The position numbers were made by a program, and so were the translations under genes. Below the pieces are notes generated by a model. That model was not told the DNA's origin and did not search any database. It worked only from the letters and a program-made list of their open reading frames with translations. A stretch of DNA of 63,544 bases, the filler included, from Gonapodya sp. JEL0774 (Eukaryota): NCBI GenBank assembly GCA_027604505.1. It is 38 parts of 38 records of this genome, joined end to end, with 100 filler letters (N's around TTAATTAATTAA, not from the genome) between each part and the next. Parts side by side here need not be neighbours in the genome. Positions count along the whole stretch, not along the records: positions 11,787 to 13,368 come from JADIIX010002917.1; positions 13,469 to 15,049 come from JADIIX010002918.1; positions 15,150 to 16,728 come from JADIIX010002919.1; positions 16,829 to 18,406 come from JADIIX010002920.1; positions 18,507 to 20,084 come from JADIIX010002921.1; positions 20,185 to 21,762 come from JADIIX010002922.1; positions 21,863 to 23,440 come from JADIIX010002923.1; positions 23,541 to 25,117 come from JADIIX010002924.1; 30 more parts are not named here. One strand, written 5' to 3'. Below are positions 11,787 through 23,636 of the stretch, one piece after another; the first letter of the stretch is position 1; every line of letters starts with the position of its first letter.

Positions 11787-12809
11787 ACATCTTCAATCGC
11801 TACAGAAAGTAAAGAACGATGCGGGGTGGCGTCGAATAAAGTCACAGATCCTGAGGGGGGTAGACTGAGAACTTCGTGCAGGTATTTTGTGTACTCTACT
11901 CGCTGAATTGGGTCGCTTTCGGCTACGTTTGTCAGCCACGTGTGACTCCGAACTTTTGTTGGCTCATCATCCAATCCCACTTGATCGGGGAACGCCATAG
12001 CAGCAAAGGAGGTCTTCTTCAAGTCGAATTTGGATAAGCTCATGGATTGATCTGCCTGGACTATAGGACTGAGTTTAATGACAAATACTGCGAGGTTTGC
12101 TTGTAACTGTTGGATCTCACCCAAACGTCGGAGTTCAATTTGATCTTCCTCCAATTTCTCAAAGTTCTCTTCAAGTTTGTGTCGGAGTTCACTTTGGCCT
12201 TCCTCGATTTTCTCTTGGAGCTTGTGTCGGAGTTCACTTTGGCCTTCCTCGATTTTCTCTTGGAGCTTGTGTCGGAGTTCACTTTGGCTTTGTTTTAGTT
12301 CTTCGATCATTTGAGCTGTGGGCACTTGTGTATTGATATGAAAGTGCCGGAAAATAGTGCTGTCAACCTCACCTAGGACTATCGCAGATGAATCAGGAGG
12401 CAGAGAGGGTCGTTGCGATCCTTTGACGTGGAACAATTAGTAACGTGAGGAAATTCCGCGACCTTGAGATGCTTCTTCGCAAATCCAACAGACCTGGCGG
12501 TCGACGGACAACAACGCGAATGTGCTCTTCGGAACCCTGGTCGGGGAAATAAAAGCTGACTTTCTCCAAGGGCTCCATCACGTCCTCTTCCTTCAACGTA
12601 TCTTCCGAGATGGAAGTTCTCGAAGCATACGGAATGTTGACTTTCCTCAGTTCTAGGTCACTCGCAGCGAATTCAGACAACTTTGGTGTGAGTTCCTCCT
12701 TGATGACTTTCTTGAGAAAGTACACCAACTCAGACGCCGCGATAGAGACCACGAAGAGTACGTTTTCGCCAAGCAGGAGACATGCGAGTGTGATTGTGGA
12801 GGTACCCAT
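11787..12809 (-). CDS. Crinkler (CRN)-type effector-like protein (3' partial)
   Basis: N-terminal ubiquitin-like CRN header: ITLACLLLGE..FVVSI...VYFLKKVIKEE...FAASDLELRKV...FYF...HIRVVVRRPP. Intron 12493-12421, then coiled-coil repeats and a C-terminal domain. Confidence 0.85.
12177..12288. repeat. 45-bp coding tandem repeat, about 2.5 copies (QSELRHKLQEKIEEG)
   Basis: Unit TTGTGTCGGAGTTCACTTTGGCCTTCCTCGATTTTCTCTTGGAGC repeated exactly. Confidence 0.95.
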
Positions 12810-13517
12810 TGATTTTGTGGTTTGGTGAATAGCCGAACGGCTGTTACTCTGAGTGCGGACAATCCGAATAATTCTAAAAACTAAGCTCATGGACTGACTC
12901 CTGGTGATGTGAGCTACCCGGTGAAGCAAAAGCAATTCCGCTACAATAGCTTTCCTTCTCTCCAAGCATTTTTCCTCTCCTCCCAAAATTCGTAGTAAAA
13001 GTGTAAGTTCTTTTTTTTTCACTGGGATTACGTCTACTTTCTCTGGACAATTGCCGAGTATCATCAAGCGGCCATCCGGATTGTCCATCTGCGATATCTG
13101 AATTTATAAATGAGATCTTCGGTTGTGACTCGAGTGGGGACCACTGACGGCTCTCCCAATTGGTTGAATATTTGGTGGGTGGGCGAAGAGTTTGCTCCAG
13201 CACGGATAAATCTATTCAGGATCGTGTATGGGCTTTGCACAACGTCGTGGGAAAAGTTGACTGGAATTTAGCAACAGCTTCAATCATTACATAATCGGGG
13301 ATGAGAAACGCGCGCCTTCGTACTAGCGCATTATTTTGATAACCAAAAACCGGTTTTAAAGGATTCCANNNNNNNNNNNNNNNNNNNNNNNNNNNNNNNN
13401 NNNNNNNNNNNNTTAATTAATTAANNNNNNNNNNNNNNNNNNNNNNNNNNNNNNNNNNNNNNNNNNNNACTCATCACACCCCACGCACCCACACGCCACT
13501 GCACACCCCGAACCAAG

Positions 13518-14567
13518 GCGGCGACGAAGCCATCGCGGACCTTCCATTTGGCGTGAAACTCTCGGGCGCGGCCACGTATTGGTTCTGGAAGTCGGTGTAT
13601 CTGAGCAAGTGAGTTGGAAAGTACCGTTGGGAATTCGAAGTGGTGGACAGGGGTTCCCCGCTCCACCCCGCAGATTCGTTGTGGTCGTGTGACCCGTCTG
13701 TGGCTTTGTTGGGGGGCAACGTTCACGTACGTGGTCCCCCCTTTTCGCACGTTACTGATACTTCACGCCCCGTGGATCCTGCATCCCCGACCGACACAAC
13801 AAACGAAAACGAAAACCAACCGGGATATATATATAGGATGCTCAACATCCGCAATCGGGTCCTCGTGGCGTTCGATTGGACGAAATCGGTGAGTTTCTCA
13901 AGGGGTCAAGCGGGGGCGGGCGAGCAGGTCCTGGAGGGGTGGTGGTGGTGGGACTCCTGTGCCATGTCGTCGAGCCCCCCGCGTGTGCTCGTGCTCGGCG
14001 GACAGGACAGGACAGGCACAGTTCTCTACCGTGGTCGTGGTGACGGTGTCGGCCCCGGACACGGGAACCGGGAACTGGGAACCGGGAATGGGACCGCCCC
14101 GCGGATCGGGACTGGGGACGGGCCGGTCTGACGGGTGACCTGGTGAGCTGGTGACGGTGCGTCGGTGACCCAGTCGACAGTCGTGAACGGACCGGACCGG
14201 GACGACAACGGAACCGGCAATACTGGGAGAACGGGTAGGTAGTGGGGAACGGAGAACGGGTAACCGAGGCCAGACACGTACGTACGTGGTGTGGTTGGTG
14301 GGGTGGTTGAGACCGCCCCGGCTCCACGCCAAACGCGAGCGCGGGCGCGGGCCCCAGCGTGCATGGTCCGGGTAGGCGGGGGCAAGGGGAACGTTGATTC
14401 GCGTCGACTGGGGGCCGGGGAGACACAGACACGGGGGTGGCACAACACAACACAACCAAACCAAACCTAACCCACCCACCCACCCACTCACCCACTCACC
14501 CACTCACCCACTCCGCCCCAACCCCACCCCCCAGTGGTTCTTCGGCCGGGACATATCCCGGGAATGA
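13518..14567 (+). CDS. Type II (alternative) NADH dehydrogenase, last three exons
   Basis: Exons 13518-13608, 13837-13888 and 14535-14567 splice in phase to GGDEAIADLPFGVKLSGAATYWFWKSVYLSK/MLNIRNRVLVAFDWTKS/WFFGRDISRE*, the typical NDE/NDI1 C-terminus. Confidence 0.88.
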
Positions 14568-14862
14568 GCCCCCAGCGGTGCGGCACTCGAGACCCTGGAC
14601 GCACGCGTCGGTGCCGGCTTAATGGGGGTTACGGAATACGAATACTTGATGTTGGTATTTTTAGTTTTAGCATATGTTTTTTTCTCTTTTGGGTGTGTGG
14701 TTGGTTTTATATAGAATGTATTTCGGTGGATACAATTGTACACGCCTCCTCCGTGTATGGCGTGTCTGGCATACGCGTCACCATCGTCCACGTCGGTGTG
14801 CAACCATCCTCCACGTCTCCACTTGCCCCATCCGACTTGTCCCTCTTCCTCTTCCTCTTTCT

Positions 14863-14906
14863 TCACTTGCAGGTGCAGGGTTTGCCGGCCGCGGTGCAGG
14901 CGCAGG
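14863..14906 (-). CDS. Terminal exon of a small Cys-rich, metallothionein-like protein
   Basis: After a TACTGAC branch point and a CAAG acceptor: xCACTAAGKPCTCK*, with two CxC motifs. Convergent with the NDH-2 gene. Confidence 0.5.
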
Positions 14907-15149
14907 CTTGAGGTGGGCGGTGGGCGGTGGTGGGTCGATCCGACGGAGGTGTGGGGTGTGTGGGGTTGAGTGGGGGGGGTCAGTAAGGGAACAAGGAACG
15001 AGGAACGCAGGAATTGGAGAGGGGAGAGCGATGCGATGCGATGCGATGTNNNNNNNNNNNNNNNNNNNNNNNNNNNNNNNNNNNNNNNNNNNNTTAATTA
15101 ATTAANNNNNNNNNNNNNNNNNNNNNNNNNNNNNNNNNNNNNNNNNNNN

Positions 15150-15284
<135 letters not shown>

Positions 15285-15414
15285 ACTTTGGGTGAAGTTG
15301 GAATGGGGAGCCGGCCGGCTGGGTGTGATTGAATTTGCATTGATAGACACTGTACATATTATTTTACAAATGCATTGTTTGACAGTATAAGGGAGTTTTC
15401 GGGCTCTGAGGTAT

Positions 15415-16728
15415 TCAAGAATCAGTTTCTCCAAGGACCACCATGTACTGACCAAATACCGGTGTCTGAAGGTATCCCGACTTGCTATCATCCTCCGCAG
15501 CACCGTCGCCTTCACCAAGAATCGGTACTGGATTGAGACCTTCCGCCACAGCAGCCTCGCCGACATCCAATGCGGACGTCTTCTCGACTCCAGTCCTGCG
15601 ACCACCCATGGCTGCGCCCTCGTGATCCGCCGTGACAAGGAGCTTCCATCTGTTGATGTTGAACACACCACCGCGCAAGAAGGTGACCGTCATGGTGATC
15701 GAGGAGTCTTCACCAGGACCCAGGTAGCCTTTCGCTGAGGTGACGCCGCTCCAGACGAAGTCGCTGGGTCCTTGCGGGTTGTCTCTGGATCCGCGGCAAA
15801 GCAGAGCAAAATCATTTGTGTTGTCGAATGTTTTTGGTTACTGGAGACGAAAAAAACTGAACTCACTCCTCGTCCCCTGCAGTCTGTTCCTCCGTGGGAA
15901 GCATGTGAAGTTCGAATTTCACGTGGGTATTCCAAGAGCAGTTCACGACCTGTACATCAACTGGAACCACCAAAAAACTACATGGGGAACACAGACGGTA
16001 CATATTTCAGGCAACGCACGAATCATTGGGACACAGTACAACGCTCACCCATTGGTCGCGAAATTCCACTTCCATTCACTCTTTTTCGCCTTCAAAATGA
16101 CTCTAACAGGGCTGATGTCCTTGTGATTCTTATTCTTCAGCAAGCTATCCTTGAGCAATTGGTTGAGTCTCGCCGTCTCCGCATACATCACCCTGGCTGT
16201 CGCTTCAGTAGCTTCCGTGCGGAACTTGGAGTGTGGTGAAATCGGCGACTGCTGGACCGAAAGGTTAATCCCGATAATGAAGTGCATGCCTTGGACGGTC
16301 GGTTCTTGTCCGCTTATGTCAACGATGGACGAGCCCAAAGTTGAGGTGGGTTCGGAGACCCAGTGCAGGCAGAAGTCCAAGTCGTCAGTGGTAAAGTTGG
16401 TAAAAATACGACTGACTTGCTCCGCAGTGAGCCCTGGGTATTGGGAGGCCAGACTGTTGTTGCGACTGGTGAGGCGGAAAACATGATAAAGATCGCGCAT
16501 TGGTGTCCGGGATGGGGAGATGAAAAGATTCCCCTGCGGCACGATTCATCAGCTTGGTGGCATTAGAATGAAGATCAACAATAGCCACTCACAAATGTGA
16601 CGGCGGTCAGAGCGGTTGTCAATGGCGGAACCTGCCCCGTACCCGACAGGTCCGCTTTCTCTTGCTCCCCGAAGCCAAGAATCCGCTCTGCAGCCGCCGC
16701 GGTAAACGATTCTGGAGAGATGTACCCA
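15415..16728 (-). CDS. TRAPP III subunit Trs85/TRAPPC8-like, C-terminal region
   Basis: Spliced exons include DLDFCLHW...QGMHFI and DFVWSGVTSAKGYLGPGEDSSITMTVTFLRGGVFNINRW, resembling the TRAPPC8 C-terminal Ig-like domain. Confidence 0.6.
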
Positions 16729-17023
16729 NNNNNNNNNNNNNNNNNNNNNNNNNNNNNNNNNNNNNNNNNNNNTTAATTAATTAANNNNNNNNNNNNNNNN
16801 NNNNNNNNNNNNNNNNNNNNNNNNNNNNCCTTCCGCTGCCATACATTTTTGCACGGCCGTCGAGCAACTCCAGGAATCCTTTTTGGCAACAATGAAAAAG
16901 AAATTCGTTCACTTTTCACACTATTGTGCCATAGATCGCTACATCTGTGTTGAATCAGACGACGCGAATCGTGATTGCCGAGTCAAACATATTTGAGACG
17001 CCAAGTTCATCGAGCCTCACGGA

Positions 17024-18406
17024 ATGGCCAATATAGACTTGGGCGGCATACACGTTGGCTTGGGGACTCCTCCTTCTCCACCTGCTGCTCCGCCCCCTCC
17101 AGATGCTCCTCCAGCATCTCCTCCAGCATCTCCCCCAGCTCCCACCAGCTCGGTTGCTGTTACTCCGCCTCCACCACCGCCTAGCCCGGCAAGCCCCCCA
17201 CCTGCGCAGCCACCGTCTTCCCTTCCAACTGCCTTGCCGCCACCCCCACCTGTCACAGATGTGGTTCCATCGCCTCCTCCCACTTCACCTCCTCCTCCTG
17301 CCACGTCGCCCACATCCCCTTCACCTTCGACTCCTGCGAACGTACCTGCACCTACTCCATCATCTACTGGAACATCAACACCGCCAGCCGCGGTTTCGGG
17401 CGGAACCGCGGGCGCAGTTGCTCCGCCTCCTCCCTCAATAGCACCAGTAAGCCCTGCTCCTGTAGGGAATGCAGCATCTCCTAGTGGCTCGGCGCCTACC
17501 ATCCGCCCTCCACCTCCGCAAGCGGTCTCTCTCGGACAAAATTCAACATTCAGGACCACACTCACGCTCCAGGTGACCTCGACAATGCAGCTCCCAACAG
17601 AAGCTACTACTTCGGCATCAAATGCTATGGTATCTTCGGAAAATGTGTCACCGGACCTGGTGCAAACTTCTGGACCTGCAACGCTATCGCCTGTCATCGC
17701 CACCATGGTAGCATTGGTTGTTGTTCTGGCGTCCGGGTTCTGCTGCTTCTTTGCTTGGAGGGTGCGCCGGAAGCGATCACAAGGACACCGAAGTATTGAG
17801 GGTCTTGACAGGCACGAAGACGTCCGTGAGTGGCAAACTTCAATCCGCATCTATGGCCATCCTCCCGGTCTTGGCTCTAACAATGCTCAATAATTGATGA
17901 ATGCACAGGAGGTCGAGCATCCCCGGCAGGCTCTGAAGCTACACTTTATGGAAATCGTTGGCCCTCTCCTACAAACTCGTTCTCTAGCTCAGATAAGTTC
18001 GAACCCTCGAGTTACGTCTCCATTTATGGCCAAAGGGGTGGGTTTCTAGCGTATCATGGGATTAATAAAAGCACATCGGTATCAAGTGAAATCTTTCATT
18101 TTATCAGGCGCAGAGCACCGTCCCCCTTACGAAACTCCCTCTCAAGTCTCACAACTATCCTCCGCCATTGTCTCCGATACGCGACCGGGCACACCTCCCA
18201 CCTCAGAAGTTCTGTCCCTATCCGCTTCCATCAGTTCCTGGCTTACAACTTCAACTACATTCTCTGCCACGAGTGGAAAGCCCTCCATCTCCCCTCAAAG
18301 CCCGCCGCAGTCTGATGTGCTCACGGCCATGTTGTTCCCCGGCACACCTCTTTCGGATGCATCAACCACGCGAGCTCCCCAAATGCGTATGGTATCTGGC
18401 GGTATT
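17024..18406 (+). CDS. Pro/Ser/Thr-rich single-pass membrane protein
   Basis: Extensin-like SP/PP-rich region, TM segment VIATMVALVVVLASGFCCFFAW followed by basic RVRRKR. Probable further Ser/Thr-rich exon from ~18109. Confidence 0.6.
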
Positions 18407-19093
18407 NNNNNNNNNNNNNNNNNNNNNNNNNNNNNNNNNNNNNNNNNNNNTTAATTAATTAANNNNNNNNNNNNNNNNNNNNNNNNNNNNNNNNNNNNNN
18501 NNNNNNCGGCGAGTGCAGAGGTGGCAGGAACAGCATGATTGGGCTTGAGATGGAAAGACACCTCGCTTACATCCGAAATGAACAGCCGGACTGTCGTATC
18601 TGAGTTTGATGTGAATCCTCGTAACTGTCGTACCGTTTGCAAAATGCATTCTTCCTCTGAATACATGGATATCATTTACTATACCATTTCTTTTGTGTTC
18701 TCTTGCTGTCCGGTCGCTCTCATGGGCTCGCTTGCTGGATGATGTGCGATGAGTTATGTGATGGGCATCAGACATCCATTATTCTTGTAGGATTTTGAAG
18801 ATTTTCCACGGCTGGTAAAGTGAAGTAAATCCATCCATCTCGATGATATATTCACGACTCTACGGCCCACATTGCGGGACAGTTCCCAATTGTGCGGGAC
18901 ATTCTTTGTAGATTGATCAGACGTGCCCCTTTCTGAAATGGCTAACAAATGAAGAGAATGAGAATAACAGTGATTTAACAAACACTACAAAAAATGATAT
19001 AATAATATCTCCAGATACTCCTAGATAGAAGAAGTCCTCGTTCCCAACAAGTCTGCAGTCTGCACCTTGCGGTACCCCGCGGCCAGCTGTCAC

Positions 19094-20084
19094 CTATCTG
19101 CCCCTTCCCCTCTTCAGTGCCCTCCCCCTACTTGCCATCATCGCCGCCGCAGCCATCCTTTCAAACGACGCCTCGATAGACTCAGATTCCGCGTCCGGGC
19201 CACTCGAAGAGTTGCGGGTGATGAACGGGCTATTCCCGCGAGAGCCGGGAGACAGTGTGGTGTCACGTCCCTCCGCAGGTCGTGGTGTAGGTGATGCGGA
19301 TGTACTGGATGCGGTCGGTCTTAGCGCTGTGGGTGCGGCAGATGATGGTGGCCGACTCGATCCACGTGCACCAGTGGACCACGCCCCGTCCCTGTTCGAG
19401 CCAGGTGGAATAAACCCCACCGGTGCCGCCGCCAACCTGCCTCTGAGCTTCTCAATCGTCCCGATCAATCCTGCTCTCTCCTCGCACTCCACCTTCACCG
19501 TCTCTCTCGCCCGGAACAGTTCCTCCTCCGCTCTCCTGGCCCTCCCTTCGGCCTCAGTGCACCTCCTCTCCATCTCCTTCCCCGCTTCATCCACCGCAGC
19601 TTCGAGGCGCTCACATCGTACCTCGAGCTCGGTTATACGAGTGGCCGCGGTACTGGCTTCTTGGTTCCTCATGTCGGATTCCGCGGCAAGTTGAGCTCGT
19701 AGTGCCGACGTGCGTGCGTCGTGTTCGCGACGAAGTTGGGCGAGAGCGAGTGTGTGGGACTGTTCGAGATGCTGAAGGAGGGATTGCGTATGGTGCAGGT
19801 CGCGGAGGAGGGAGGCACGTGTAGCTGAAAAGGTCTTTTTGAACGTCATAGAGAGTCGATCGCAGATCAAGGTCACACTTTTGTCAGATTGAAGCAAACA
19901 AAAAACACTGACCTTCTCTGCTTCACTTCTCCCCCTGGCCTCCGCGTCCTGCCTCATGCTCCTCGTTTTCTCTTCCCACTCCCTCTCGACCCTCTCCGCC
20001 TCTTCCTGTCCTGCATCCTTTATCCGCTCCAAAAAATGTTCTTGCAATTGAGCTATACGATCCTGGTGGGCTTGAGAAAGAGTA
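19094..20084 (-). CDS. Coiled-coil protein C-terminus, LEKR1-like
   Basis: Long E/R/K-rich heptad region with ETVKVECEERAGL, resembling the LEKR1 motif ETV..ECEER.EL, then a Ser-rich tail. Confidence 0.5.
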
Positions 20085-20882
20085 NNNNNNNNNNNNNNNN
20101 NNNNNNNNNNNNNNNNNNNNNNNNNNNNTTAATTAATTAANNNNNNNNNNNNNNNNNNNNNNNNNNNNNNNNNNNNNNNNNNNNGGTAAGCCTAGACGCT
20201 CAAACTACGACGGCACGGGCTATCGAGGGTGGGTTGACGAGAACATGGGTGGTGTGAAAGGCTGGTACACTCCAAAATTGATGAAGGAAGAGTAATGGAA
20301 ATGGGCATTCTTGTATACCAATTCGTATTTATATCGATGTCATTTTTGATCGATATCATTTTGATCCCTCGTGAACTGACGCAAAAGTGTCTCAAAGGAC
20401 GACTTTGTCTCCCATGGTTCACAGAAAGTGTACCTGTCTGTCTGATCTCACAAATACATCCATACTCCAGGCCCAATGCACATCCTGCTATGTTGCACCC
20501 GGCCTGCTCCACTACTGGAATCCAGGCCCGCCATCTCCTTGGTTCCCGCAATTCTATTGGTGTTGGCAGCAAGGTGGTCGACCGCGGGACGTCAGAGGTC
20601 AACATACTAGTTGCCAGTGACAGGTCCTCGCTTCGCCTTGCAGTTGTCATCCTTAGCATGGCTCGACCACCGCGGCGTATTGTTCGGGTGTGCGTGTTCA
20701 CTGCATCATCACCTGTTGAATATGCTGAAAGCGTCCCATTGGCATTATGTTATAGGGCGTCAGAAGCGAACTTTCAATTGCAAAACTATTAGTCTACTGA
20801 AGCTCTAAGGTAGCAGAAACAGTCTAACTCGAAGGTATAAAATGAATCCGTGGTACATACGAATGGACATAGTACAAGAAGA

Positions 20883-21762
20883 TTAATCAGAGTCCGTGTC
20901 CTCGGGCTTCTCACCCATCTTTCCAGACGCCAGCCACTGAATGTGACGCAACCTCCTCCTGTTTTCCCGCTCCTTCATTTCATTCCGAGTGAGTCGCTTC
21001 TTTTTAGGACCACGCTTTTCAACTGCCGTTTTGAGCTGCTCAATCGAATCTGAACCGCTACCATCCTCGAAGGCCGAATCGTCAACTGCAGATTTCCCCT
21101 TAGTCTGAATACGCCCGTTCTCAACAAGCCAGGTTTCGGGACACAGCGCTGACACAAATTCGGTGTTGTGAGAGATCATCAGAACGGCTCCCGCCCACTG
21201 ACGAATGGCGACCGCAAGGCCGCCTAACGAATCGCGATCAAGATAATTGGTGGGCTCATCCATGATAAGAATCTGTGGGTTCGCCCACAAAGCTGCCGCA
21301 ATAACAACCTTGACCTTTTGGCCGTCACTTAAGCTTCCAATCTTGTTGTACTGGGCAATGTCACCGGGAAGTCCCACGTCTTCAAAGTGTTGTCGAAGCG
21401 CTGGAGTTGTCAGCTCGCGATAACCGAGACCGTCTCGTGCAGCAACAAAGTCATCAAAAGCTTGCACAAGCTTTGTGAAGCCACGTTCCACCAGCCGCTC
21501 GCGTGAAACCCAAAGGTTGTCTTTGTCTTCCAAACCAACCCATTTGATCTCGTACTGGTAAGATTTCTTCTGCTTTTGACGACCAACCTACGATAGATAA
21601 CAAGGGGCTTGAGTTCAAAGTTTAAATTTTGATGCTTTGAACCTCCCAATATTCACCAAGCTTTCAATTTGTCGAAGATCACCTAGGCGAACTTCGATTC
21701 GCGTCTCCATCAAAGTTTTTTCTTCAGCGGACAGCTTACGGGATTGCTTTTCGAGCACCTCT
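20883..21762 (-). CDS. NEW1: eEF3-family ABC-F protein NEW1-like (chromodomain + second ABC domain, C-terminal)
   Basis: GRQKQKKSYQYEIKWVGL (chromodomain), GLGYREL, LSDGQKVKVVIAAALWANPQILIMDEPTNYLDRDSLGGLAVAIR, and a basic tail KKKRLTRNEMKERENRRRLRHIQWL...DTDSD*. Confidence 0.88.
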
Positions 21763-23636
21763 NNNNNNNNNNNNNNNNNNNNNNNNNNNNNNNNNNNNNN
21801 NNNNNNTTAATTAATTAANNNNNNNNNNNNNNNNNNNNNNNNNNNNNNNNNNNNNNNNNNNNGACCCTGCCGAAGATGAGACTGCGGATCGATCTTGCGC
21901 AGATTTAACTGGTTGCGCTAATTTCGAGGAGGATGCAGAGGTCGATGGTGTTAGTTTAGATCGAATTTGGGACTGTGCCACTGAGGAGGTGGCGGTCGGT
22001 TTGGAAACACCAGAAGGCACTGCATCCATTATCGTAGAGATTGATTGGGGCGCACGGGTACCGTTTGTAAGAGGCTTTCGGGAGATGCTGGATGGTGAGG
22101 GTGGGAGGGCAACGGGGTTGACGTTCCGTTGGTCCAGAGAGACCGACATGTCTTCAAGAATGCGAAAATAGCTATCTATGTCGAAGTACTGAGTTCGTAT
22201 GGGCAGTGGGTGTCAAAGGTTTAAGACATGTCACAGGACCTGTGCGTGCGATAATCCTTCAAGGTCTTACCAGTGCAAGAGCGACCAAGGCAACGTCCTC
22301 ACACTCGCCGTCTGTGCTTTGCTGTTACCGTTGCTGCTATCAAATCTCAGTTCCCGCTCCTGGTAATGTTCTTGCTGTCAGTTGGGGTTTTGGGACTGCC
22401 TCGTGCCACCCCGCAGCATCCGCCTCCCCGTCCTATCGTCCGTTCAGGTCGCAGACTCCGTCAACTGGACCCCCAGTGTCTTTGTAGGAGCAAAAACAGA
22501 AGACTCTTATGGCCCGTCTGACCTTACCAGGAACTGGTGCAGCCAAGAAGCGGAAACAGTCAACAGTCAAAGCCAGCAACGCTTTCAGAAGGCGGGCGCT
22601 CGCCGGTGCACACACTTCAGCTTCCTTGGCACTCAACGAGCGGCAGTAACGATGGAAAGGCGACGGCGGTGGGTTGTTTGGGATTCTGGTTCAAAAGAAG
22701 GAATTGCACTCAGTAGTGTCGGTGCAGAGGCCAGAGAAAGTACAACAAAGGTCCACCTAAAGACAAGCTTCCGTCCGCTCCAACAACGACAAACAAATTT
22801 TGACAAGTACGTTAAATCATATGAGATTGATCTAGCTAGGACCGATCTGGCGTCAACGTAACAACGGCCGAAGCTGGGTCCCATGATGACGTTCATTTTA
22901 TCAGGGGAAGCTCCACTCAAGTAATTTTCAAGGCATTGTTCATTGTGGAGGAGGAAGTTGGTGGTGTTGATTGTGGGTGGACTGTGGCGGTGGTTGAATT
23001 TAGCCGGAAGTCTTCGTTCGCTTCCATTGCAAAATTCCAAAGATGGGGCCGCTGCCCTCCAGTATAGCGACAGTCCCTCACTCGAGACAATTCCGCAATC
23101 ATGGGCATGTCTTCCCGGACGTGGGAACGGTTCAAAATCGTAGACTTCCGACACAGCACATAGTACCGTATGTAGTGTTCCGCTCTGCCCCAAGCCACTT
23201 GCAAGTCCACGATCGTTCTTGGATTGCTTCCAGGGTCTTCTCTTTACACCATCAGGAGCTGCTGATGCAGCTGGGCATTCACTACAAGTTCACTTGCCAA
23301 GCACCTCCTTAGCAAACTCTTTCTGATTCAGCCTGCCACACTCTATTTCTCATTCGGAAATCCTGAGCTTGCTTGCGCCCCCTGTCTTTGCCGGACCTGT
23401 GCTCCCTGGCAGGAACGCTCGAGGTGGACTACTGAGTATANNNNNNNNNNNNNNNNNNNNNNNNNNNNNNNNNNNNNNNNNNNNTTAATTAATTAANNNN
23501 NNNNNNNNNNNNNNNNNNNNNNNNNNNNNNNNNNNNNNNNCGGTCTTCAAATACATGGCAGCGAGCGTGCGCCAAGAGGAACTTTCACGTCCCTCAACCG
23601 TCATATCTGTGTTACACCATACCTACGACAATCATG

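Noticed and set aside
13640..14503. Long overlapping ORFs of 140-217 aa
   Set aside because: They lie in GC-rich, low-complexity NDH-2 introns, and the spliced model explains the region.
17017..17850. Gly-rich antisense ORF (likewise 38770-39213)
   Set aside because: Shadow of Pro-rich coding sequence on the opposite strand.
21863..23440. Possible genes in this contig and in 1685-2300, 34822-36283, 41964-43535 and 48649-50219
   Set aside because: ORFs or exon-like pieces exist, but no coherent gene model or family could be supported by eye.
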